DNA of 64,000 nt from Candidatus Babeliales bacterium. GTDB taxonomy: Bacteria; Babelota; Babeliae; Babelales; Vermiphilaceae. A model generated the notes under the pieces. The model saw nothing but the letters and a program-made list of their open reading frames with translations. It ran no database searches and was not told where the DNA came from. Positions 54,368-63,543 of the stretch are shown piece by piece (the first letter of the stretch is position 1; each line of letters begins with the position of its first letter). Where the stretch lies: the NCBI GenBank assembly GCA_963743635.1, contig CAVUQO010000003.1, positions 736,001 through 800,000 on the forward strand, in the 5' to 3' direction. Both the position numbers and the translations under genes were made by a program.

Positions 54368-54721
54368 TTATCCCCCCGTAATCGCCGATACCGTATGGGT
54401 TCCGGTCGCATCATCATTCCATGATACGATAACTTCAATGCACGATGGAGATGGTAATTCGACACCCGATATCAAAGCCAACGAACCGCCCGGGTGGGCA
54501 ATGGGTATGATTTTTTTTGAGACAGAATAGCATTCAGATTCAGGACTTTTGTCTATTTGCTGTTCAATAAGTGTCATCATGATTGAAACCGCTTTACCCT
54601 GCTGAACCGCTTTTTTATAGCTGCGGGACCACTGGCCATAATGATGGATTATTGCTCCAACGAGCACTGAAAGTAAGGTGCAGGCTAGTAACGCTTCAAG
54701 TAAGAAGAAACCCTTTTTCAT
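54368..54721 (-). CDS. Prepilin-type protein (PilV/GspI-like)
   Basis: MKKG|FFLLEALLA; C-terminal IEVIVSW. Confidence 0.8.
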   Translation of the reverse strand: MKKGFFLLEALLACTLLSVLVGAIIHHYGQWSRSYKKAVQQGKAVSIMMTLIEQQIDKSPESECYSVSKKIIPIAHPGGSLALISGVELPSPSCIEVIVSWNDDATGTHTVSAITGG

Positions 54722-54851
54722 TGCACCCTTTTTACTGATTGTCTAAAATAGAGTATAATATTATATACATACATTGACGGTTACCTTTACCATAGTATGG
54801 ATAATTAAAAAGTTACAAGAATAACATGCCCAATGCAGGAGGAGTAAATCC

Positions 54852-56630
54852 ATGCACGCTAAAAACACATTTCGTCACCTACTTTTAGCCATTCTGAGCG
54901 TCACCGCACTCTGTTTTAACCTATCATATGCTGGTGCGCCAAACATGATGTTCAATCCGCCGAGCATGGAAGAAATTGAAGCGCAAATTGATGAATTTGT
55001 GCGCAGTTTACCGCCTGAACAACAAAAACAATTTTATAAAGACGTTGAAGAATTAACCGGCATCATGGAAAAAATGTCTCCTGATGAGCTTAGCGAATTT
55101 GTCGGCAGCGTATTTACTGAGGCAGGACTTATTGAGCCTGGTCCAGCACCAATGCCGCAACCCGAAGCTAAAAAGGTTGAACCGACGGTGGTCAAAGAGG
55201 CAAAGCCAGGAGCAGTAATTACTACCGCGCCAAGTGGCCCAACTGAAACCGCCATTAATATGCTCAAAACAATTATCGCGCGCACACAAGAATTCATGCG
55301 TAAGGCGCTTATGATTCCGGAACTTCCTGGCACTATGGATAAATGGGTCAGACAAGAAAAGTTACGTGAAATACCAACGAGCAAAGTAAACTGGAAAACC
55401 CTCGATTGGTCGACGGTGGAAAAACAGATTGATGATTTTAGCAATCTGTTACATAAACTCCAAGAAGTCGATGATAAAACAGGTCAATATCGCCACATCG
55501 GCAATCTGATCAAGGATGTAGCGCTCTATAGCAATCTAAATGCATTAGAAGTAATCCTGACGAATTTCGTACCCGATATTAAGGTCCCTGATTTTGGTCT
55601 TGATAAAACATCAGAGCCTTCGCTCAAAGCTATTCGCCAAGTGCTCAATCAATATCTTGAATCATTCCATTTATTGAATGTGCCAACCTCAATTGAAAAT
55701 GTATTGAAGCTTTATGAACCGCGCGCGAAAGAACTGAGCGAAGAAGAAGCTGCTTTAGTAAAAAAAGCAAAAGAAGAAGCTCAAAAACCTCGCGTCTCTA
55801 CCCCTGGCGTCAAAACACCGGGCACTAAGGCACCTTCTACAGGCTATGAACCCTCATATGGTTATGGTGATTATTATGGTGGTGATTACGGATATATGCC
55901 ATCATACTCGCCTCATGACTATTTCGGTCCATCATCTGATTACGGCCCAACACCATCTACCGGCGGCGGCACATTCGGTGCTGGTAAAGGGGCTGGTGCA
56001 GGAGCTGGAAAACCTGGTGAAGCCAAAAAAGAAGAAAAAGAAGGCGGCAAAGAAGGCAAAGAAGGTGCAAAAAAAGAAGAAGGTAAACCTGGAGCTAAAA
56101 AAGATGAAGTTAAAAAAGAAAGCGACACCGATCGCAAACTTTGGAAACTACAAGATAAAATAGAAGCAGTTATCGATTCATTAAAAGCATTCGATGTCGT
56201 ATTCACCAAATTTAAGGATCAGTTTGCCACTGGTTTTGATAAAACATTCATCGATACGAAGCTGCAAGATTTAGTGCTCGCTATACAAACAGCAGATAAG
56301 GAAATTAAGAAATCTATCGAAGATATCAAGGCGTTCAAAAAGAGCCTTGATAAGATGAACAAACCAACTCAAGATTATTATAAAAAGGAATTGACTAAAG
56401 CATTTAAAGACTCAGTCAAATTTCTTGAAACCCTTGAGACGGATATTAAAACCATTGAAGAAAAAGCAGGATCTCCATTCAGAAGCGAATTGAACAAGGA
56501 TAAACTATATGTTTATTTTGGCGAAGGCACTGGATCTGCTGACGTAGTTGCCAAATTACCTACACCTCCTGTGGTCACCATGAAAAATCTTGCAGAAACT
56601 ATCAGGAAGCTTAAAGACGCAGCAAAGTAA
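54852..56630 (+). CDS. Large secreted hypothetical protein with low-complexity linker
   Basis: AGGAGG RBS, signal peptide ending SYA, Tyr/Gly-rich and Lys/Glu-rich tracts. Confidence 0.8.
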   Translation: MHAKNTFRHLLLAILSVTALCFNLSYAGAPNMMFNPPSMEEIEAQIDEFVRSLPPEQQKQFYKDVEELTGIMEKMSPDELSEFVGSVFTEAGLIEPGPAPMPQPEAKKVEPTVVKEAKPGAVITTAPSGPTETAINMLKTIIARTQEFMRKALMIPELPGTMDKWVRQEKLREIPTSKVNWKTLDWSTVEKQIDDFSNLLHKLQEVDDKTGQYRHIGNLIKDVALYSNLNALEVILTNFVPDIKVPDFGLDKTSEPSLKAIRQVLNQYLESFHLLNVPTSIENVLKLYEPRAKELSEEEAALVKKAKEEAQKPRVSTPGVKTPGTKAPSTGYEPSYGYGDYYGGDYGYMPSYSPHDYFGPSSDYGPTPSTGGGTFGAGKGAGAGAGKPGEAKKEEKEGGKEGKEGAKKEEGKPGAKKDEVKKESDTDRKLWKLQDKIEAVIDSLKAFDVVFTKFKDQFATGFDKTFIDTKLQDLVLAIQTADKEIKKSIEDIKAFKKSLDKMNKPTQDYYKKELTKAFKDSVKFLETLETDIKTIEEKAGSPFRSELNKDKLYVYFGEGTGSADVVAKLPTPPVVTMKNLAETIRKLKDAAK

Positions 56631-56654
56631 ATCATTCAAATAATACAAAAAAGG

Positions 56655-56687
56655 AAAAGGCCCTTGCGATTATGCAAGGGCCTTTTT
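56655..56687 (+). terminator. Intrinsic terminator
   Basis: aaaaggcccttgc-gattat-gcaagggccttttt. Confidence 0.8.
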
Positions 56688-56768
56688 GTTACTATCACGC
56701 CACAACTTCAGTGTCAGCTGATTATTTCATATTATAGTGGCCAACATAAATTATCGGAAGGCTTGGCT

Positions 56769-56946
56769 CTGTGAACCAAATTTAAACTTTAGGTTCATAA
56801 AATAATCCCAATTTAGTAACACCCTAACGAAGAACCAAAAATCTCTCGATCGTCTTTGCAAAGACGATCGACGATCATTGACTTACATTAAGTCCGCATT
56901 GATTAAAATTGTTAGATTTTCAGGGTTCTCTAAATTTGGTTCACAG
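56769..56946. mobile_element. Candidate MITE with 16-bp perfect terminal inverted repeats
   Basis: ctgtgaaccaaattta (56769..56784) / taaatttggttcacag (56931..56946); non-coding; internal 26-bp palindrome. Confidence 0.45.
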
Positions 56947-56950
56947 CAGA

Positions 56951-57286
56951 CTAATCACGAACAGAATAATCAACAGACTTAGTATGCATGTGTTCCGGAT
57001 CAATGCCGTCAGTCACGTTTGCTGATAGAGTTTTATTATTTAAGAATTTTATAGATGAAAAACTTGCGCTGTTAGATGAAAACCAGCTGTTGCCACTGCA
57101 CGCGATAGTTTTTATTGCTGCCATAGTTTTTGCGTTCGAGATTTGTATTGATTTGCCATTAACTATAGTTGCAATCACCGTGCCATCTGGAGAAGTTGCA
57201 GTCAAACCCTCTTGTTGCATTGCACACACATTCACCGCGCACAGTAACAATACCATATTCATTTTTATGCGATAGTTCATATACAT
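56951..57286 (-). CDS. Small secreted protein with a single WD-like segment
   Basis: Signal peptide ending VCA-MQQ; ATSPDGTVIAT. Confidence 0.6.
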   Translation of the reverse strand: MYMNYRIKMNMVLLLCAVNVCAMQQEGLTATSPDGTVIATIVNGKSIQISNAKTMAAIKTIACSGNSWFSSNSASFSSIKFLNNKTLSANVTDGIDPEHMHTKSVDYSVRD

Positions 57287-57393
57287 ACTTGGTCCTTTTA
57301 AAAAGCGTTAACAAACACCAAAACCATACTACAAAATTCAGGAATAAAAAAGACCCTCAATTACGAGGGCCTTTTTATAAGACGAATAACAAT

Positions 57394-58857
57394 TTAGATA
57401 GTTATTTTTTTATGCGGCGTCGTTAAAAATGAGGTAAATTGCCATTCATCTTCCGGCTCGATAACGTTGTCCGTGTAATCGATAAATGTTTTTTTGATGC
57501 TAAGCGGAGACCATTCAACAGGTTGAGAAATAAAGGTGCCAAGATATGGTTTTGCAAACGTTAATATTTCTTTGTGATTAAGATCGTCAGGTAAACAAAT
57601 GCCTTCTTCTGGATGATTCATGAGATATTGAGTCGCCGCAGCTATCGAAATCGCAACTTGCACCGTTGTTGCACTCTGATTGGGCACTAATGTGCGCGCT
57701 TGATGAATATCTAATACACTGCCAATCCACCATGATTTAAAATCATGCCCCATAAGCAGACAACCAAGTTCATCTGCACCGTCAAGAATATCATCACTTA
57801 AGATACGCAGATTTGGTTGCATTTCTAATTGTCTCATTTTCAATTCATATAATGAGCTCAAGGTAGAATCTGAAACACAATACGCATAATGCACGGTCGG
57901 CCGATAGATTGCTTTATCACCCTGCCACACCGTCAGGCGATCAGAAATTCCAAATGCTTCTCCATGTCGAATAACCATGCCAATAATTTCACCGCTCGGC
58001 ACCCAAGAACGCACATGCGTATCCATACCTTTTGTTTGAAGACACACTTGATTCTGAGGACCCTCTTTGTGAAACATGATGCCTTCGGGTGCGAACTTTT
58101 CATGCGTACCCCATCCTAATTCTGAGGGAGCTATCCCCTCTTCATAAAGCCCTGGTATGCTCCAGGTATTTACAAATTCATTCACCTTTTTAGGAGCACT
58201 TGTGATTTGGGAATCTCGTTCGGAAATATGTATGGTTTTTACGCCGAGCAGGTGCGCAAGTTGGGCAAAATTTTTTTGAGCTAAATACTTTTCCAATTCT
58301 TTACTGCGGGGACTTTTCGGATCCTTTGCAATTACTGCCTGCGCAATATCTTCGAGCGCTTGTTTGGTAAAATGAGAAACAAGACCAGGATTAGCGCCGT
58401 GATCTAAAATCGCCGTTGCTCCTTTCTTATCCCAACTATTCATCAGTTTGCGCAATGCCATTTGGCGAGCGTAAAGTGTAAGCTCTCGAGGATCTTTTCG
58501 CTGCGCACCATGATAGGCATCCCATAATTCTATTGAGCTGTTAAGGTAACGAACGTTATGATCATGACACCACTGCAACAATGCGCAGGTATCCATTTCC
58601 CATCCAAGATCAATAAAAATATCCCCTGGCGACAAATACTTCTTGAGTATGGCAGCATAGTTTTCAGGAGTAATGCGCTCTTGAATATAGGTAATGCCCT
58701 TTTTTAAAAGATCCGCGATGCGCGATCGATTATCAGTAAAATCCATTACGGTAATACGCGATGGATCTATGTTAAGCTCTTTGATCAAAAGCGGTAAAGC
58801 GCACTGGGAAACGGCACCACACCCCACCACAAAAATACGTCCACGAAATGCTTCCAT
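57394..58857 (-). CDS. hss: Homospermidine synthase
   Basis: VVGCGAVSQ, HGANPGLVSHF, EFVNTWS, ELGWGTHE, YRPTVHYAY, GADELG. Confidence 0.92.
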   Translation of the reverse strand: MEAFRGRIFVVGCGAVSQCALPLLIKELNIDPSRITVMDFTDNRSRIADLLKKGITYIQERITPENYAAILKKYLSPGDIFIDLGWEMDTCALLQWCHDHNVRYLNSSIELWDAYHGAQRKDPRELTLYARQMALRKLMNSWDKKGATAILDHGANPGLVSHFTKQALEDIAQAVIAKDPKSPRSKELEKYLAQKNFAQLAHLLGVKTIHISERDSQITSAPKKVNEFVNTWSIPGLYEEGIAPSELGWGTHEKFAPEGIMFHKEGPQNQVCLQTKGMDTHVRSWVPSGEIIGMVIRHGEAFGISDRLTVWQGDKAIYRPTVHYAYCVSDSTLSSLYELKMRQLEMQPNLRILSDDILDGADELGCLLMGHDFKSWWIGSVLDIHQARTLVPNQSATTVQVAISIAAATQYLMNHPEEGICLPDDLNHKEILTFAKPYLGTFISQPVEWSPLSIKKTFIDYTDNVIEPEDEWQFTSFLTTPHKKITI

Positions 58858-59120
58858 TACAAAAACCTCCTTTTAATGTTCATGACGATCCGACTATACC
58901 AAAAAAAGATCCTCAATTACGAAGGTCTTTCTCTGAAAAGGATAAAAAAGTCTAGGATATTGTATTCTAAGGCACTTCAAGACCTTGAAAAACTTGAAAA
59001 TGAACTCAAACACCTTGAATGAAAATATAAGAATTTAAAAGACCCTCAATTGCGAGGGTCTTTTGCGTATCATGAATAAGCCATGTTAGTTAGAAGATTA
59101 GACATCTCTATCCTGAAGCA

Positions 59121-60251
59121 TCATTCCGGAAACATATTTTCTAATGCCTTCTTATAACGATGCTCCGCAAGCGCTTGCGTGATCCATTCATCTTCATTGC
59201 ATGCGTATCCCTTTTTGCGGCACCATCTCAAATAGTGCACCGCAAGTGGATTTTCAACGGTTAAACACGCATGAATACGCGCAAGGCCATCATGTGATCC
59301 CGTTGCAAGCAGTTCACCATCAGGCGAAAATGCCACTGACCAAACCCAATCACCATGCTTAATGGTATGCAACACTGCACCCGTAGTAGCCTTGATTATC
59401 CGTGCATTATTATCACCTGATCCCGTTGCAAGCAGTGCACCATTAGGCGAAAATGCCACTGAAATAACCCAATCACCATGCTTAATGGTATGTAACACCG
59501 CACCCGTAGCAGCTTCGATTATCCGTGCATTCTTATCACCTGATCCCGTTGCAAGCAGTTCACCATCAGGCGAAAATGCCACTGAACAAACCCAATCACC
59601 ATGCTTAATTTTATGTAACACTGCACCCGTAGTAGCATTGATTATCCGTGCATTATTATCACCTGATCCCGTTGCAAGCAGTTCACTATTGGGCGAAAAT
59701 GCCACTGAATAAACCGAACCATAATGCTCAATAGTTTTGAAACGACCCCATATCTGAGGCATATACTCATCAATCATCTGCCTTGATGCTTCAGAAAGCG
59801 AAAGTGCTGGATGCTGCGCAGCATCTTCATGCAACGACCGCATTGACTCATCAGACACCAACCTTTTTGCCATTGCGCTCGCATATTTTTTTGTTGATAT
59901 CGATGCGCCTAAATATATCGCTCCATCAAGCAAGGGCTTGGCACTCTCAATGCTCAAAGAATTATCATCATTCGCTTGCGCATCATCAGCATCACGCACC
60001 AATCGCTTTAAAATTGCAGCGGAAATACATCCCAACGGAATCGGTTCACTTTGCGCCGCGTAATCAATCGCGCCATCCGCTGTTTTTGAGAATGCGTCCT
60101 CCACGACATCTTTAATCGTTCCGAACAACGGCACTTTACTTGCATCAAGCATTACCGTTTCATTATCATTGCTCTTCACTGCAAGCTGCATCGCCTGCAG
60201 ATTACTCATTGAAAGTCCCAGCACAGCCATCAATATCACTATTCGTTTCAT
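59121..60251 (-). CDS. Secreted Skp1-like/WD40 protein, array copy with 4 repeats
   Basis: Signal peptide MKRIVILMAVLGL; KSND...TIKDVVED...PIPLGCISAAILKRL; 123-bp repeats. Confidence 0.88.
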   Translation of the reverse strand: MKRIVILMAVLGLSMSNLQAMQLAVKSNDNETVMLDASKVPLFGTIKDVVEDAFSKTADGAIDYAAQSEPIPLGCISAAILKRLVRDADDAQANDDNSLSIESAKPLLDGAIYLGASISTKKYASAMAKRLVSDESMRSLHEDAAQHPALSLSEASRQMIDEYMPQIWGRFKTIEHYGSVYSVAFSPNSELLATGSGDNNARIINATTGAVLHKIKHGDWVCSVAFSPDGELLATGSGDKNARIIEAATGAVLHTIKHGDWVISVAFSPNGALLATGSGDNNARIIKATTGAVLHTIKHGDWVWSVAFSPDGELLATGSHDGLARIHACLTVENPLAVHYLRWCRKKGYACNEDEWITQALAEHRYKKALENMFPE

Positions 60252-60310
60252 ATTCTTTTTTCGATTACAAGGATATATAATTTTTTTTACCGTATTCAAC
60301 ATGAATCTTC

Positions 60311-61927
60311 TCATTCAAGAATCATATTTTCTAGTGCCTTCTTATAACGATGCTCCGCAAGCGCTTGCGTGATCCATTCATCTTCATTGCATGCGTATCC
60401 CTTTTTGCGGCACCATCTCAAATAGTGCACCGCAAGCGGATTTTCAACGGTTAAACACGCATGAATTTGCGCAAGGCCATCATGTGATCCCGTTGCAAGC
60501 AGTTCACCATCAGGCGAAAATGCCACTGAACAAACACAATGATCATGCTTAATTTTATGTAACACTGCACCCGTAGTAGCCTTGATTATCCGTGCATTCT
60601 TATCATATGATCCCGTTGCCAGCAGTGAACCATCAGGCGAAAATGCCACTGAACGAACCCAATCACCATGCTTAATGGTATGTAACACTGCACCCGTAGT
60701 AGCATTGATTATCCGTGCATTATCATCACTTGATCCCGTTGCCAGCAGTGAACCATCAGGCGAAAATGCCACTGAACGAACCCAATCACCATGCTTAATG
60801 GTATGTAACACTGCACCCGTAGTAGCGTTGATTGTCCGTGTATTCTTATCATCTGATCCCGTTGCCAGCAGTTCACTATTAGGCGAAAATGCCACTGAAC
60901 AAACATAATCACCATGCTTAATGGTATGTAACACTGCACCTGTAGCAGCTTCGATTATCCGTGCATTCTCATCACCTGATCCCGTTGCCAGCAATTGACT
61001 GTCAGGCGAAAATGCCACTGACCGAACACAATCACCATGCTCAATTTTATGTAACACTGCACCCGTAGTAGCCTTGATTATCCGTGCATTATTATCACCT
61101 GATCCCGTTGCAAGCAGTTCACCATTAGGCGAAAATGCCACTGAGCGAACCCAATAACCATGCTTAATAGCATGCAACACTGCACCCGTGGTAGCGTTGA
61201 TTATCCGTGCACTATTATCATCTGATCCCGTTGCCAGCAGTTCACTATTAGGTGAAAATACCACTGAGCGAACCCAATCACCATGCTCAATTTTATGTAA
61301 CACTTCATAGGTAGTAGCGTTGATTATCCGTGCATGACCTGATCCCGTTGCAAGCAGTTCACCATCAGGCGAAAATGCCATTGACAACACACAATTATCA
61401 TGCTTAATGGTGTTCAAAGTACCCCATATTTGAGGCATGTACTTACAAACTACCTGCTTTGATGCTTCAGAAAGCGAAAATGCTGGATGATCTTTTGTAT
61501 TGTCATGCAACGACCGCATTGACTGATCCGATACCAACCTTTTTGCCATTATGCTCGCATATTTTTTTGTTGATATCGATGCGCCTAAATATATCGCTCC
61601 ATCAAGAAAGGGCTTTGCTCTCTCAATGGTTAAAGAATTATCATCATTCATTTGCGCATCATCAGTATCACGCATCAATCGCTTTAAAACTTCAGATGAG
61701 ATATACCGCAGCGGAATCGGTTCTTTTTGTGCTCCGTAATCAACCGCGCCATCCGCTGTTTTTAGGAATGCGTTCTCCACGACATCTTTAATCATTCCGA
61801 ACAACGGCACTTTGCTTGCATCAAGCATTACCACCTGCCCATCATTGCTCTTCAATGCCAGCTGCATCGCCTGCAGATTACTCATCGAAAGTCCCAGCAC
61901 AACCATCAATATCACTATTCGTTTCAT
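60311..61927 (-). CDS. Secreted Skp1-like/WD40 protein, array copy with 8 repeats
   Basis: Same architecture; 8 SxxFSP..LLATGS repeats. Confidence 0.88.
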   Translation of the reverse strand: MKRIVILMVVLGLSMSNLQAMQLALKSNDGQVVMLDASKVPLFGMIKDVVENAFLKTADGAVDYGAQKEPIPLRYISSEVLKRLMRDTDDAQMNDDNSLTIERAKPFLDGAIYLGASISTKKYASIMAKRLVSDQSMRSLHDNTKDHPAFSLSEASKQVVCKYMPQIWGTLNTIKHDNCVLSMAFSPDGELLATGSGHARIINATTYEVLHKIEHGDWVRSVVFSPNSELLATGSDDNSARIINATTGAVLHAIKHGYWVRSVAFSPNGELLATGSGDNNARIIKATTGAVLHKIEHGDCVRSVAFSPDSQLLATGSGDENARIIEAATGAVLHTIKHGDYVCSVAFSPNSELLATGSDDKNTRTINATTGAVLHTIKHGDWVRSVAFSPDGSLLATGSSDDNARIINATTGAVLHTIKHGDWVRSVAFSPDGSLLATGSYDKNARIIKATTGAVLHKIKHDHCVCSVAFSPDGELLATGSHDGLAQIHACLTVENPLAVHYLRWCRKKGYACNEDEWITQALAEHRYKKALENMILE

Positions 61928-61962
61928 ATTCTTTTTTCGATTACAAGGATATATAAATTTTT

Positions 61963-63486
61963 TTACAGTATTGAACATGAATCTTCTCGTTCAAGAATCA
62001 TATTTTCTAATGCCTTCTTATAACGATGCTCCGCAAGCTCCTGCGCGATCCATCCCTCTCTTTTGCATGCGTATCCCTTTTTGCGGCACCATCTCAAATA
62101 GTGCACCGCAAGCGGATTTTCAACGGTTAAACACGCACAAATCCGTGCATTCTTATCATCTGATGCCGTTGCAAGCAGTTCCCCATCAGGCGAAAATGCC
62201 ACTGAACGAACCCAATCACCATGCTTAATGGTATGCAACACTGCACCCGTAGTAGCCTTGATTATCCGTGCATTATTATCATTTGATCCCGTTGCAAGCA
62301 GTGCACTATCAGGCGAAAATGCCACTGATAAAACCGTCCCACCATGCTTAATCGTCTGCAACACCGCACCCGTAGCAGCCTTGATTATCCGTGCATTATC
62401 ATCCCGTGATCCGGTTGCCAGCAGTTCACCATCACCCGAAAATGCCACTGACCGAACCCAATTATCATGCTTAATGATATGTAACACTTCACCCGTAGCA
62501 GCTTTGATTATCCGTGCATTATCATCACTTGATCCCGTTGCCAGCAGTGAACCATCAGGCGAAAATGCCACTGAACGAACCCAATCACCATGCTTAATGG
62601 TATGTAACACTGCACCCGTAGTAGCGTTGATTGTCCGTGTATTCTTATCAACTGATCCCGTTGCAAGCAGTTCACCATCAGGCGAAAATGCCACTGAAAT
62701 AACCCAATCACCATGCTTAATGGTATGTAACACCGCACCCGTAGCAGCTTCGATTATCCGTGCATTCTTATCACCTGATCCCGTTGCAAGCAGTTCACCA
62801 TCAGGCGAAAATGCCACTGAACAAACCCAATCACCATGCTTAATTTTATGTAACACTGCACCCGTAGTAGCATTGATTATCCGTGCATTATTATCACCTG
62901 ATCCCGTTGCAAGCAGTTCACTATTGGGCGAAAATGCCACTGAATAAATATAATTATCATGCTTAATAGTGTTCAAAGTACCCCATATCTGAGGCATATA
63001 CTTACAAACTATCTGCTTTGATGCTTCAGAAAGCGAAAATGCTGGATGATCTTTTGTATTGGCATGCAATTGACGCATTGACTCATTAGACACAAAAAAC
63101 TTTGCCATTGCGCTCGCATATTTTTTTGTTGATATCGATGCGCCTAAATATATCGCTCCATCAAGCAAGGGCTTGGCACTCTCAATGGTTAAAGAATTAT
63201 CATCATTCGTTTGCGCATCATCGGCATCGCGCACCAATCGCTTTAAAATTGCAGCGGAAACACATCCCAACGGAATCGGTTCACTTTGCGCCGCGTAATC
63301 CACCGCGCCATCCGCTGTTTTTGGGAATGCATCTTCAACCACATCTTTAATCGTTCCGAACAACGGCACTTTGATTGCATCAAGCATTACCACCTGCCCA
63401 TCATTGCTCTTCAATGCCAGCTGCATCGCCTGCAGATTACTCATTGAAAGTCCCAGCCCCACCATCAACATCACTATTCGTTTCAT
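61963..63486 (-). CDS. Secreted Skp1-like/WD40 protein, array copy with 7 repeats
   Basis: Same architecture; TGA->CGA change extends the C-terminus by 8 aa. Confidence 0.88.
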   Translation of the reverse strand: MKRIVMLMVGLGLSMSNLQAMQLALKSNDGQVVMLDAIKVPLFGTIKDVVEDAFPKTADGAVDYAAQSEPIPLGCVSAAILKRLVRDADDAQTNDDNSLTIESAKPLLDGAIYLGASISTKKYASAMAKFFVSNESMRQLHANTKDHPAFSLSEASKQIVCKYMPQIWGTLNTIKHDNYIYSVAFSPNSELLATGSGDNNARIINATTGAVLHKIKHGDWVCSVAFSPDGELLATGSGDKNARIIEAATGAVLHTIKHGDWVISVAFSPDGELLATGSVDKNTRTINATTGAVLHTIKHGDWVRSVAFSPDGSLLATGSSDDNARIIKAATGEVLHIIKHDNWVRSVAFSGDGELLATGSRDDNARIIKAATGAVLQTIKHGGTVLSVAFSPDSALLATGSNDNNARIIKATTGAVLHTIKHGDWVRSVAFSPDGELLATASDDKNARICACLTVENPLAVHYLRWCRKKGYACKREGWIAQELAEHRYKKALENMILEREDSCSIL

Positions 63487-63543
63487 ATTCTTTTTTCGAT
63501 TATAGAAATATAAATTTTTTTGCCGTATTGAACATGAATCTTC

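Noticed and set aside
62228..62947. 239-aa plus-strand ORF and similar ORFs opposite the WD40 and Sel1 genes
   Set aside because: Antisense shadows of repeats that happen to lack stop codons.
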